NCBI GenBank assembly: GCA_030037175.1
Contig: JASHRV010000394.1
Span: 2,975 to 66,974 of the forward strand
DNA from: Acetobacteraceae bacterium
GTDB lineage: Bacteria > Pseudomonadota > Alphaproteobacteria > Acetobacterales > Acetobacteraceae
Length of the DNA stretch: 64,000 nucleotides
Reading direction: 5' to 3'
Made by a program: the position numbers and the translations under genes. Below the pieces are notes generated by a model. It was given only the letters and a program-made list of their open reading frames with translations. It was not told where the DNA came from and searched no databases. Positions 37,851-46,221 of this stretch are shown here, piece after piece (positions within the stretch are counted from its first letter, which is position 1; every line of letters starts with the position of its first letter).

Positions 37851-39491
37851 TCAAAAACCCGGTCCCGACGGTTCAGCTCCGCGCACCCGCGGGCGGAGGA
37901 TCAGGTCCCAGACGTCCGGCATCGGCCCCACCGGCACATGGATCAAGGCTGGCCTATCGAGCGCGATCGCCTTCCGCAGTGCCTCCTCGAGCGCCGCGGG
38001 CGTGCCCGCCTTGAAGGCGGCCGCGCCGAAGCTTTCCGCATAGGAAACGAAATCCGGATTGGTCAGATCGCAGGCGATCAGCCGGTTGCCGTAGCGCTGC
38101 TCCTGGATGCGGCGGACATTGCCGAACGCGCCGTCATCGAACACGATGACCACGACGGGGATATTGTGGTGCATGGCGGTCGCGAGCTCGTTCGCCTGGT
38201 AGAGGAACCCGCCATCGCCAATCACCGACACCACCGCCCGATCCGGTTGCGCGACCTTCGCCCCGAGCGCCGCGCCGTAGCCCCAGCCGAGATTGTCCTG
38301 GTACCCGGGAGAAAGTTGCAGCCTCGGACCAAAGACCGGAAACGCCAGGCGTGCCGCGAAGCCGATCTGTGTCACCTCGCCAACGAAGATGCCGTCCGCG
38401 GGCAAGGCCGCGCGGATGGCGGAAAGGAAATCCGCCTGCGGTTGGAGCTTGGCGAGCTCACCGGCGAACCATGCACGATGCCAGGCCAGCTCCGCTTCGC
38501 GCGAAGGGCGCGGCGCCGCAGGCAAACGCGCCAGCAGTGCGCGAAGCGCCGGCGCGGCATCGGCAACAATCCCCACCGCCGGGCGGCGGAAGCGTTCCAC
38601 CTCCTCGGCATCGATATCGACACGCACAACGGCAAGGTTTTCATCGAGCCCCCACGCCGTCTGCTGCGGGAAAAGCCGTGTGCCCACCGCCAGCACCGCG
38701 TCCGCTTCTTTCCAAAGCCGGTGCCCCTCGGGAAAGGAGAGCGCAAGCCGATGCGTCGTCGGGACCACCCCGCGGCCCCGCCGGTAGGAGACAACCGGCG
38801 CCTCCAGCCGCTCGGCGATCGCCTGCACCTCCGCTCCCGCATCCATCGCGCCGCCGCCCACGACGATGAGCGGCCTCTTCGCCTGCCCGATGATCCCGGC
38901 AGCCCGGTCGACCGCGTCCTCATCGAGTGATGGACTCGCAAGCGGAATCGGATCGGGAATGCGCGCTTCGCCAACCCGGCCCCAGACATCGATCGCGCAT
39001 TCGAGCGCCACGGGCCGCCTGCGGCCGGAGCAGGCGATCGCCAATGCCTCGGCCACGCGTTCACCGGCCTCACCGGGGTGGCGGATACGCGCGGCGTGCT
39101 TGGTGATGTGCCGGAGCAATCCGAGCTGGTCGTGAATTTCGTGCAGATGGCCGAAGCCGCGATCGATCGATACCTGTGGAATCTGCCCCACCAGCGCCAG
39201 CACCGGCGCATCCATCGCGTAAGCCGTAAGCAGGGAGGCCGAGGCATTGAGAAGCCCGGGTCCGGGCACCACGATGAAGGCCTGCGGCCTCCCTGTTGCG
39301 AGCGCGGCGCCGAGCGCCATGTACCCCGCCGTCTGCTCGTGGCGCGTATGCACCATGCGTATGCGCCCGCTCGCGCGATGGATCGCATCGAAGAAGGGGT
39401 CGTTGTGCACGCCGGGCACGCCGTAGAGAGTGGTGATGCCGTGCCGGATCAGACTCTCCACGACGGCCTCTGCCGTGCTCATGCGCGCCAT
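37851..39491 (-). CDS. Thiamine-diphosphate-dependent enzyme (acetolactate synthase-like large subunit family)
   Basis: MARMSTAEAVVESLIRHGITTLYGVPG N-terminus and the TPP-binding motif GDGGFLYQANELATA..NIPVVVIVFDDGAFG. Start ambiguous (39491, 39512 or 39572). Confidence 0.85.
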   Translation of the reverse strand: MARMSTAEAVVESLIRHGITTLYGVPGVHNDPFFDAIHRASGRIRMVHTRHEQTAGYMALGAALATGRPQAFIVVPGPGLLNASASLLTAYAMDAPVLALVGQIPQVSIDRGFGHLHEIHDQLGLLRHITKHAARIRHPGEAGERVAEALAIACSGRRRPVALECAIDVWGRVGEARIPDPIPLASPSLDEDAVDRAAGIIGQAKRPLIVVGGGAMDAGAEVQAIAERLEAPVVSYRRGRGVVPTTHRLALSFPEGHRLWKEADAVLAVGTRLFPQQTAWGLDENLAVVRVDIDAEEVERFRRPAVGIVADAAPALRALLARLPAAPRPSREAELAWHRAWFAGELAKLQPQADFLSAIRAALPADGIFVGEVTQIGFAARLAFPVFGPRLQLSPGYQDNLGWGYGAALGAKVAQPDRAVVSVIGDGGFLYQANELATAMHHNIPVVVIVFDDGAFGNVRRIQEQRYGNRLIACDLTNPDFVSYAESFGAAAFKAGTPAALEEALRKAIALDRPALIHVPVGPMPDVWDLILRPRVRGAEPSGPGF

Positions 39492-39593
39492 TGGTGTATT
39501 TCCCTCTTCCATCGCGATCCTGCCATAAGCATTGGAGAGGCCCCGTGGGCAAGCCGCCCGCTGCCTTGACACTCCGTTCCGCGCGCACCTAGG

Positions 39594-39618
39594 GCGTGTT
39601 CAGCCAGGCTGAACACGC
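39594..39618. promoter_or_regulatory. Perfect 11-bp-arm palindrome GCGTGTTCAGC-CAG-GCTGAACACGC in a divergent promoter region
   Basis: Read directly. It lies between the divergently transcribed TPP-enzyme gene and the thiolase/DUF35 operon. Confidence 0.35.
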
Positions 39619-39727
39619 TCTGGCCTTGTTTTGCCGAGCAGATTCACGCACCCCTGGATCGCTTCGCGGTTCCAGTCAGGCGCGATCTGCTCTAACCTCG
39701 CTTTCACGAAGAGGAGCGGGCGCGCCA

Positions 39728-40897
39728 ATGACGATCAAGGGGAAGGCCTATATCGCCGGCGCGTTCGAGCACCCCACGCGCAAAGCTCCGGACAAGTCGG
39801 TCGCTCAGCTTCATGCGGAATGCGCCAAAGGCGCGCTCGAAGACGCCGGCCTCACCAAGGACGACGTGGACGGATATTTCTGCGCCGGCGACGCTCCGGG
39901 CATGGGCCCGCTCTCCATGGCGGATTACATGAATCTTCGTCTCCGCCACGTCGATTCCACCGATACGGGCGGTTCCTCGTATCTCCTGCACGTCGCGCAC
40001 GCGGCCGAGGCGATCGCACTCGGCAAATGCAGCGTTGCCCTGATCACGCTCGCCGGCCGGCCGCGCAGCGAGGGCGTTGCGACGGGCACCGCGCCGCGTC
40101 CCGGCAACCCCGCGCAACCCGACATCCAGTTCGAATATCCATACGGACCGACCATAGTGAACATGTACGCCATGTGCGCGATGCGCCACATGCACCAGTA
40201 CGGCACCACGAGCGAGCAGCTCGCCTGGATCAAGGTCGCTGCTTCGCATCACGCTCAGTACAATCCGAACGCAATGCTGCGCGACGTCGTCACGGTGAAG
40301 GAGGTGCTCGATTCGCCAATCGTCGCCTCGCCCCTGCACCGGCTCGATTGCTGCGTCATCAGCGACGGCGGCGGCGCGCTCGTCGTCGTTGCGCCCGAGG
40401 TGATGAAAAGCCTCGATCGCCCACGGGTAAAGCTGCTCGGTGCCGGCGAAGCGCCGAAGGGACAGCTCGGCGGAGATGTCGATCTTACCTTCTCGGGCGC
40501 GCGCTGGTCCGGCCCGCGCGCCTTTGCCGAGGCCGGCGTGAAGCCCGCGGATATCCAGTACGCCTCGATCTACGACAGCTTCACCATCACCGTCCTGATG
40601 CAGATCGAAGATCTGGGCTTCTGCGAAAAGGGCCAGGGCGGCCGTTTCGTCGCCGACGGCAACCTCATCTCGGGCACGGGCAGGCTTCCCTTCAATACCG
40701 ATGGCGGCGGCCTTTGCAACAATCATCCCGCCAATCGCGGCGGCATGACGAAAGTCATCGAAGCGGTGCGCCAGCTCCGCGGAGAGGCTCACCCGGCCGT
40801 GCAGGTGAAGAACTGCGCGCTCGCCCTCGCCCACGGCACCGGCGGCTCGCTCGGCACCCGCCATGGCAGCGCTACCCTGATCCTGGAACGGGAATGA
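39728..40897 (+). CDS. Thiolase-like protein (SCP-x / lipid-transfer type)
   Basis: MTIKGKAYIAGAFEHPTRKAP.. plus C-terminal NTDGGGL and AHGTGG motifs. It is paired with a DUF35 gene. Confidence 0.88.
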   Translation: MTIKGKAYIAGAFEHPTRKAPDKSVAQLHAECAKGALEDAGLTKDDVDGYFCAGDAPGMGPLSMADYMNLRLRHVDSTDTGGSSYLLHVAHAAEAIALGKCSVALITLAGRPRSEGVATGTAPRPGNPAQPDIQFEYPYGPTIVNMYAMCAMRHMHQYGTTSEQLAWIKVAASHHAQYNPNAMLRDVVTVKEVLDSPIVASPLHRLDCCVISDGGGALVVVAPEVMKSLDRPRVKLLGAGEAPKGQLGGDVDLTFSGARWSGPRAFAEAGVKPADIQYASIYDSFTITVLMQIEDLGFCEKGQGGRFVADGNLISGTGRLPFNTDGGGLCNNHPANRGGMTKVIEAVRQLRGEAHPAVQVKNCALALAHGTGGSLGTRHGSATLILERE

Positions 40898-41289
40898 TCG
40901 CGATGGAAAGCCGCACGCTGCCCGCGCCCGAACCCAATCCCGAAACCAAGAGCTACTGGGACGCCGCCCAGGAAGGAAAGCTCCTCGTTCGAATCTGTAC
41001 GGCCTGCGGGCGCGCGCATCACTATCCCCGCGCGCTCTGCCCATTCTGCTTCAGCGACAGGACCGAATGGAAAACCGCTTCGGGCAACGGCACCATCTAC
41101 TCTTTCAGCGTGATGCAGCGCGCTCCCGTGCCTTACACCATCGCCTATGTCACGCTCGATGAAGGCCCGACGATGATGAGCAATATCGTCGATTGCGATT
41201 TCGATACGATCCGCATCGGCATGAAGGTCAAGGCCACCTTCAAGCCAACCGAATCCACCGCCCGGCTGCCGATGTTCACGCCGGCTTAA
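40894..41289 (+). CDS. DUF35 OB-fold / zinc-ribbon protein (thiolase partner)
   Basis: YWDAAQEGKLLVRICTACGRAHHYPRALCPFC zinc ribbon plus an OB fold. ATGA overlap with the thiolase gene. Confidence 0.85.
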   Translation: MIAMESRTLPAPEPNPETKSYWDAAQEGKLLVRICTACGRAHHYPRALCPFCFSDRTEWKTASGNGTIYSFSVMQRAPVPYTIAYVTLDEGPTMMSNIVDCDFDTIRIGMKVKATFKPTESTARLPMFTPA

Positions 41290-41291
41290 GT

Positions 41292-41482
41292 CCAAGGGGC
41301 TCTGCCCCCTTGGAACCCCGCCAAGGGCTGAGCCCTTGGAACCCTTTCGTTGGCGGCGGCAGAGGGCGGTTCGGTCGGCGAGCATTTGCTCGCCGACCGA
41401 ACCGCCCTCTGCCGCCGCCAAACGAGTGGGGTCCAGGGTCCCAGACCCTGGCAGGGGGTCCAGGGGGACAGCGTCCCCCTGG
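41292..41482. repeat. ~190-bp imperfect palindrome made of five stem-loops
   Basis: H1 41292-41313, H2 41321-41339, H3 41350-41421, H4 41433-41451 and H5 41460-41482. The left half is a diverged reverse complement of the right half. Confidence 0.9.
41350..41421. repeat. Perfect 35-bp inverted repeat with 2-nt spacer (core of the palindrome)
   Basis: TTGGCGGCGGCAGAGGGCGGTTCGGTCGGCGAGCA-TT-TGCTCGCCGACCGAACCGCCCTCTGCCGCCGCCAA. No flanking T/A tracts typical of intrinsic terminators. Confidence 0.95.
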
Positions 41483-41485
41483 CCT

Positions 41486-42271
41486 TCAGCAGTCGTGCGC
41501 CGTGAGGAAGCGGGTGAAGGCGGTGCTCACCGGTTCGGGCGTTTGCAGTGCCATGAAGTGCCCGCTCTTGAGCACGAGGTATTCCGCTCCTTGGATGGCG
41601 TCTGCGATGGGTTTCACGGTTTCTGGCGGACGAAGCCGGTCGAGCGTGGCTGCGATCGCGAGAGCGGGGCAGCGAATTGCGGAAAGATCGGTGCTGAGGC
41701 TTGCGAGCATGCGGCTGATCGCGGCGTAGCTTGCGGGGTCGTTGCCGAGCCAGCGGGCGCGGAAGCGGGCGAAGCGCGCGGGGTCGGTGCGCAGTTCCGC
41801 CGGGTATGAGGCGGCGAGCGAGGTTTCGGCGACGGCTTGCATGCCGCCCTCCTCAACCGCGGCCGCGCGGGCGAGCGTTGCGGCCCGTCTTTCTCCCGTG
41901 ACTTCGGTGGCCGGGCTCGTGACGATCAGCGCCTTCGTGCGCGCGGGGAAGCGCGCCGCGAAGGCGAGCGCGATCGCGGCACCGACGGCAGTCCCCGCGA
42001 GCGCCACCGGTTCGCGGATGCCGAGCGCATCGAGGAGCGAGACGAGGTCTTCGATCATTGTCTTCATCTCGAGCGTGCCGCGGATCTTCTCCGAAAGTCC
42101 GGCCCCGCGCGTATCGTAGCGCAGCACGCGCCGGCCGGCGGCAAGGGCAGGCAGAACGAGGTCCCAGCTTTCGAGCGTTCCCCCCATCTCGTGGATCAGC
42201 ACGAGCGTGCGTTCGGCCCTGCCGGTGAGGTCGTAGCGCAGCGCAGTTCCGTTGACTTCGATGAAGTCCAT
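41486..42271 (-). CDS. Alpha/beta-fold protein, 3-oxoadipate enol-lactonase-like, nucleophile Ser replaced by Ala
   Basis: Fold motifs are present (LIHEMGG, ATLDRLRP, SGHFMALQTPE), but the nucleophile elbow reads G-T-A-V-G instead of G-x-S-x-G. Confidence 0.8.
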   Translation of the reverse strand: MDFIEVNGTALRYDLTGRAERTLVLIHEMGGTLESWDLVLPALAAGRRVLRYDTRGAGLSEKIRGTLEMKTMIEDLVSLLDALGIREPVALAGTAVGAAIALAFAARFPARTKALIVTSPATEVTGERRAATLARAAAVEEGGMQAVAETSLAASYPAELRTDPARFARFRARWLGNDPASYAAISRMLASLSTDLSAIRCPALAIAATLDRLRPPETVKPIADAIQGAEYLVLKSGHFMALQTPEPVSTAFTRFLTAHDC

Positions 42272-42317
42272 GTGGCTCTCCCGGGTCGCGCGCGCAGCGA
42301 GGAAGGTCGTCTCTCGC

Positions 42318-42410
42318 TCGGAGTCCCGAGCCGGCGCCTGGTCCGGGAAACGGGAAAAGTCTTTTTGCTTCTTTTTCTTCAGAAAAAGAAGGCTCTTCCT
42401 TTTTACTTTA
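42318..42410 (-). repeat. Intergenic composite-hairpin element, copy G (truncated)
   Basis: CGGAGTCCCGAGCCGGCGCCTGGTCCGGGAAACGGGAAAAGTCTTTTTGCTTCTTTTTCTTCAGAAAAAGAAGGCTCTTCC. Confidence 0.8.
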
Positions 42411-42560
42411 ACATCTCACCTTAGCTTATCATCTTGTGGCCGATCCGGGCTGGAGCCCGCTTCTGGCCTCACGAAAAATCCTGTGCGATTTCAATCCATT
42501 AACCCCATCCAAAACACGCTGACGGGCCAGATCGTACAGATCTTCGGCCACAGCGGCGGA

Positions 42561-43688
42561 TCAGCTCACGGTGATCCGCGGCCCGGAGCCCGGGCCGGCA
42601 AGACGCTGCTCCACCGCCTCTGCCACGCGCGCAGCAATCGCCGCGAATGCCTGAGCGGCCGGGCCCTCGGGCTCCGCCGCGACGATCGGCTGTCCGCGGT
42701 CTCCGGTCTCCCGGATGGCAAGCAGGAGCGGCACCTCGCCCAGGAACGAAACGCCAAGCCGACTGGCTTCGGCGCGGGCGCCGCCATGGCCGAAAACGTC
42801 CGCGCGCTCGCCGCAGTGCGGGCAGACGAAGAAGCTCATGTTTTCCACGAGCCCCAGCACCGGCACATGGGTGCGCTCGAACATGCGCACGCCGCGCCGC
42901 GCATCGATCAGCGCGATATCCTGGGGTGTCGAGACGATGACGGCCCCGGCGAGCTTCACCCGCTGCGCCATGGTGAGCTGTGCGTCTCCGGTGCCCGGCG
43001 GCATGTCCACGATCAGGAAATCGAGCCTGCCCCACGCCACCTGGCCGAGCATCTGCTCGAGCGCGCCCATCACCATCGGCCCGCGCCAGATCATCGGCGT
43101 CTCTTCCTCGACCATGAAGCCGATGGACATCGCCTTGAGGCCCCATGCCGGAATCGGCAGCAGCTTGTCGCCCGCCATCTCAGGCTTGCGGGCCAGTCCG
43201 AGCATGCGCGGCAGGCTCGGGCCGTAGATGTCCGCGTCCAGCAGCCCGACGGTTCGCCCGAGCCGCGCAAGCGCCACCGCGAGATTAACCGCGACCGTCG
43301 ATTTGCCGACCCCTCCCTTCCCCGAGGCGACCGCCACGATGGCCCGGACCTCGGGGAGCAGCGTCTCGGCCTGCCGCGATTCGCGCCGTGCTTCACGCTG
43401 TGGCTCATTGGACCTTGGCTGACCCTGCGCGGCCCCGGCGCGGTGCGCGGTCAATACCGCCGTGGCATTGGCGATTCCCGGCTGCCGGGCGAGCGCGGTC
43501 TCCACAGCCTTGCGCACCGGCTCCATCGCCGCCGCCCGCTCACGCGGCACGGCGAGGGCCACCTGCACCAGGCCGCCCTTGAGCTCGATTCCCTCGACCA
43601 ACCCGGCCGTGACGATATCCTTCCCGCTCGCCGGATCGACAATGGTCCTGAGCACCTCGCGCAGTGCTTCGGTTCTGCCTCCGCTCAT
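42561..43688 (-). CDS. apbC: Mrp/ApbC/NBP35-family Fe-S cluster carrier ATPase
   Basis: N-terminal DUF59-like domain, deviant Walker A VASGKGGVGKST, and a CPHCG motif. ATG at 43688. Confidence 0.9.
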   Translation of the reverse strand: MSGGRTEALREVLRTIVDPASGKDIVTAGLVEGIELKGGLVQVALAVPRERAAAMEPVRKAVETALARQPGIANATAVLTAHRAGAAQGQPRSNEPQREARRESRQAETLLPEVRAIVAVASGKGGVGKSTVAVNLAVALARLGRTVGLLDADIYGPSLPRMLGLARKPEMAGDKLLPIPAWGLKAMSIGFMVEEETPMIWRGPMVMGALEQMLGQVAWGRLDFLIVDMPPGTGDAQLTMAQRVKLAGAVIVSTPQDIALIDARRGVRMFERTHVPVLGLVENMSFFVCPHCGERADVFGHGGARAEASRLGVSFLGEVPLLLAIRETGDRGQPIVAAEPEGPAAQAFAAIAARVAEAVEQRLAGPGSGPRITVS

Positions 43689-43807
43689 CGGCTTGCCATT
43701 TTCCGCAGGCCCTCGATATCTCCGCTCGCACGGAGTATATCGCGCCTCATCGGGCAGCTGCCAATCGCGGCCCGGTTTGTCCTTTTGGCAGGAGTCCTCC
43801 TCACCTG

Positions 43808-45087
43808 ATGGCTTGGAACAGCGGCGGTGGCGGCCCCTGGGGCGGCCCCGGCGGCAGCCACCCGGCGGCCGCCCGCCCGGAGGCCCGCCGCCCGGCAGTC
43901 CCTGGGGGGGCGGTGGCCGGCGACGACCGTCCATCCCCGACCCCGAGCAGCTTCTCAACCGCCTGCTTGCATGGTTGCGTGGTTTGCTTCCCGGCCGCTG
44001 GCAGGGCCCTCGGTTCCCCGGGATGCCCGGCGGCGGCGGTCTTTCCTATGCCCGCCTCGGCGCGATCGCGGTCGCGCTCGTTGTTCTCGCGTGGCTCGCC
44101 AGCGGCTTCTATGTCGTAGAGCCGGATGAGCAGGGCGTGGTGCTGCGCTTCGGCGCTTTCGCCGGCACGACATCGCCGGGGCTCAACTATCATCTGCCCT
44201 GGCCGATCGAGAGCGTGCTTCTGCCTCCCGTCACGCGTGTCAATCGCATCGAGATCGGCTACCGCTCGGTTCAGGGCCAATCGGGAGCGGCCCCGCTGTC
44301 GCCGGCCCAGGACGTGCCCGCCGAGAGCCTGATGCTCACCGGCGATCAGAACATCGTGGACATCAACTTCGCGGTCTTCTGGCGCATCGCGAATGCCGAG
44401 CAGTATCTTTTCGCAATCCGCCATCCCGAAGCCACCATCAAGGCGGTCGCCGAGAGCGTGATGCGCGAGGTGGTCGGCCACAATCCGATCGAGCCCCTGC
44501 TTACCACCGCCCGTGCCTCGGTCGAGACCGAGGTGCGCAGAGACATGCAGGGCATCCTCGATCAGTACGGCGCCGGGGTGGAGATCACCGAAGTACAGCT
44601 TCTCAAGGTCGATCCCCCACCCGAGGTGATCGATAGCTTCCGCGACGTCCAGCGCGCCGGAACCGACGCGGACCGCGCGCGCAACAACGCCGAGGCGTAC
44701 CGCAACGATATCGTGCCGCGCGCCCGCGGCGATGCCGCGCGCATCGTCGCCGAGGGCGAGGCCGCCAAGGCCTCGGAGATCGCCGCCGCGACCGGGAACG
44801 CCGAGCGCTTCCTTTCGGTGCTGGCCGCCTACCGTCAGGCGAAATCGATCACGCTCGACCGCCTCTATCTCGACACCATGGAGCGTGTGCTTGCCGGGGG
44901 CCGGACCATCGTGCTCGGCTCCGGCGCGGACCGGCTCTTGCCGCTTCTGTCCCTGCCCATGTCGGCGGGTTCGCCGGCGCCTGCGACACCCCAGGCCGCC
45001 AGACCCGCACCGAGCGGCGCGCCCAATGCAACGCCCATGGACGCCCCCATGGACGCTCCCACGGGCACGCCCACGGGCACGCCATGA
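43808..45087 (+). CDS. hflK: HflK (band-7/SPFH protease modulator); N-terminus apparently split between two frames
   Basis: The canonical start MAWNSGGGGPWGGPGG is in frame 2 from 43808. PDPEQLLNRL.., the TM helix and the SPFH domain are in frame 1 up to 45087. Alternative in-frame starts are TTG 43813 or the ATG near 44022. Confidence 0.8.
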
Positions 45088-45986
45088 ACGCACGTATCTG
45101 GGCCATCCTCGTCGTCGCAGTCCTGGTCGTGTTCGTCGCCTCGAACGCGCTTTTCACCGTGCCGCAGATCAACGAGGCGCTCATCACACAGTTCGGTCGG
45201 CCGGTCCGCGTGATCACCACGCCCGGTCTGCATGTGAAGCTGCCGTTCGTCCAGGAGGTGATCGAGTTCGACCGTCGCCTGCTCGACTATGAGCTGCCGA
45301 GCGAGGAGGTGATCCTGGGCGACCAGCAGCGGCTGGTTGTGGACGGCTTTGCCCGGTTCCGGATCACCAATCCGTTGGCCTATTATCAGGCTGTGGGCAC
45401 CACCGAGGACGGCATCCGTGCCCGGCTCGGCTCGATCCTCGGTTCCTCTTTCCGGCGCGTTCTCGGCAACGAGACGCTGCTGGCCGTGCTCTCCACGGCA
45501 CGCAACCGGATCATGGGCGAGATCAGGGGCGAGGTGAACAGCTCGATGCAAGGCTTCGGCGTCACCATCGAGGACGTGCGCATCCGCCGCGCCGATCTTC
45601 CCGAAGCCAACACTCAGGCGGTGCTGGCACGGATGCAATCCGAACGTGAGCGCGTGGCAGCGCTGATCCGTGCCGACGGCGCGCAGGCAGCCACCGTCAT
45701 CCGTGCCGGGGCCGACCGCGAACGTACGGTCTTGCTGGCACAGGCAAATGCCCAGGCGGCAGCGCTTCGCGGACAAGGCGAAGCACAGGCAACAACCATC
45801 CTGGCCAAGGCGTACGACCAAGACCCCATCTTCTTCAACATCTGGCGCACGCTGGAGGTCTACCGCCACGGCCTTGCCAGCAGCCGCACCGAGCTGGTGC
45901 TTTCGCCTTCCACCCCCTTGCTTCGCTATCTCGGCAGAATGCCCGAGCTTGGCTCCCCGCCGAGCCCGGCACCAGGGCATCCGTGA
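45084..45986 (+). CDS. hflC: HflC (band-7/SPFH protease modulator)
   Basis: N-terminal TM helix, SPFH domain, and ATGA overlap with hflK. Confidence 0.9.
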   Translation: MNARIWAILVVAVLVVFVASNALFTVPQINEALITQFGRPVRVITTPGLHVKLPFVQEVIEFDRRLLDYELPSEEVILGDQQRLVVDGFARFRITNPLAYYQAVGTTEDGIRARLGSILGSSFRRVLGNETLLAVLSTARNRIMGEIRGEVNSSMQGFGVTIEDVRIRRADLPEANTQAVLARMQSERERVAALIRADGAQAATVIRAGADRERTVLLAQANAQAAALRGQGEAQATTILAKAYDQDPIFFNIWRTLEVYRHGLASSRTELVLSPSTPLLRYLGRMPELGSPPSPAPGHP

Positions 45987-46221
45987 GCCGGGACTTGCTC
46001 GTGACCGCTTCCCCTTGCCGGGCCGAGCCTCCCCAGCGCACAATCATTCATCCGGGTCCGGCGCCATGAGGCGCCGCCGCACGAGCCGTTCCCGCCCGGC
46101 GGATTCCTCGCTCCAGGCCCAGGCCTGTGCGTATCCGTCTAACAGGGAAAGAGGCTTGGCAGAGACCAGCGAAGCCTCCCGCATTGACCCGGCGGGAACG
46201 GCTCGAGGAATTTGACCTTTC

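Noticed and set aside
45987-46221. Looked for the small DUF2065 membrane gene that often sits between hflC and degP in alphaproteobacteria
   Set aside because: No frame in this 235-bp spacer encodes a hydrophobic ~60-aa peptide.
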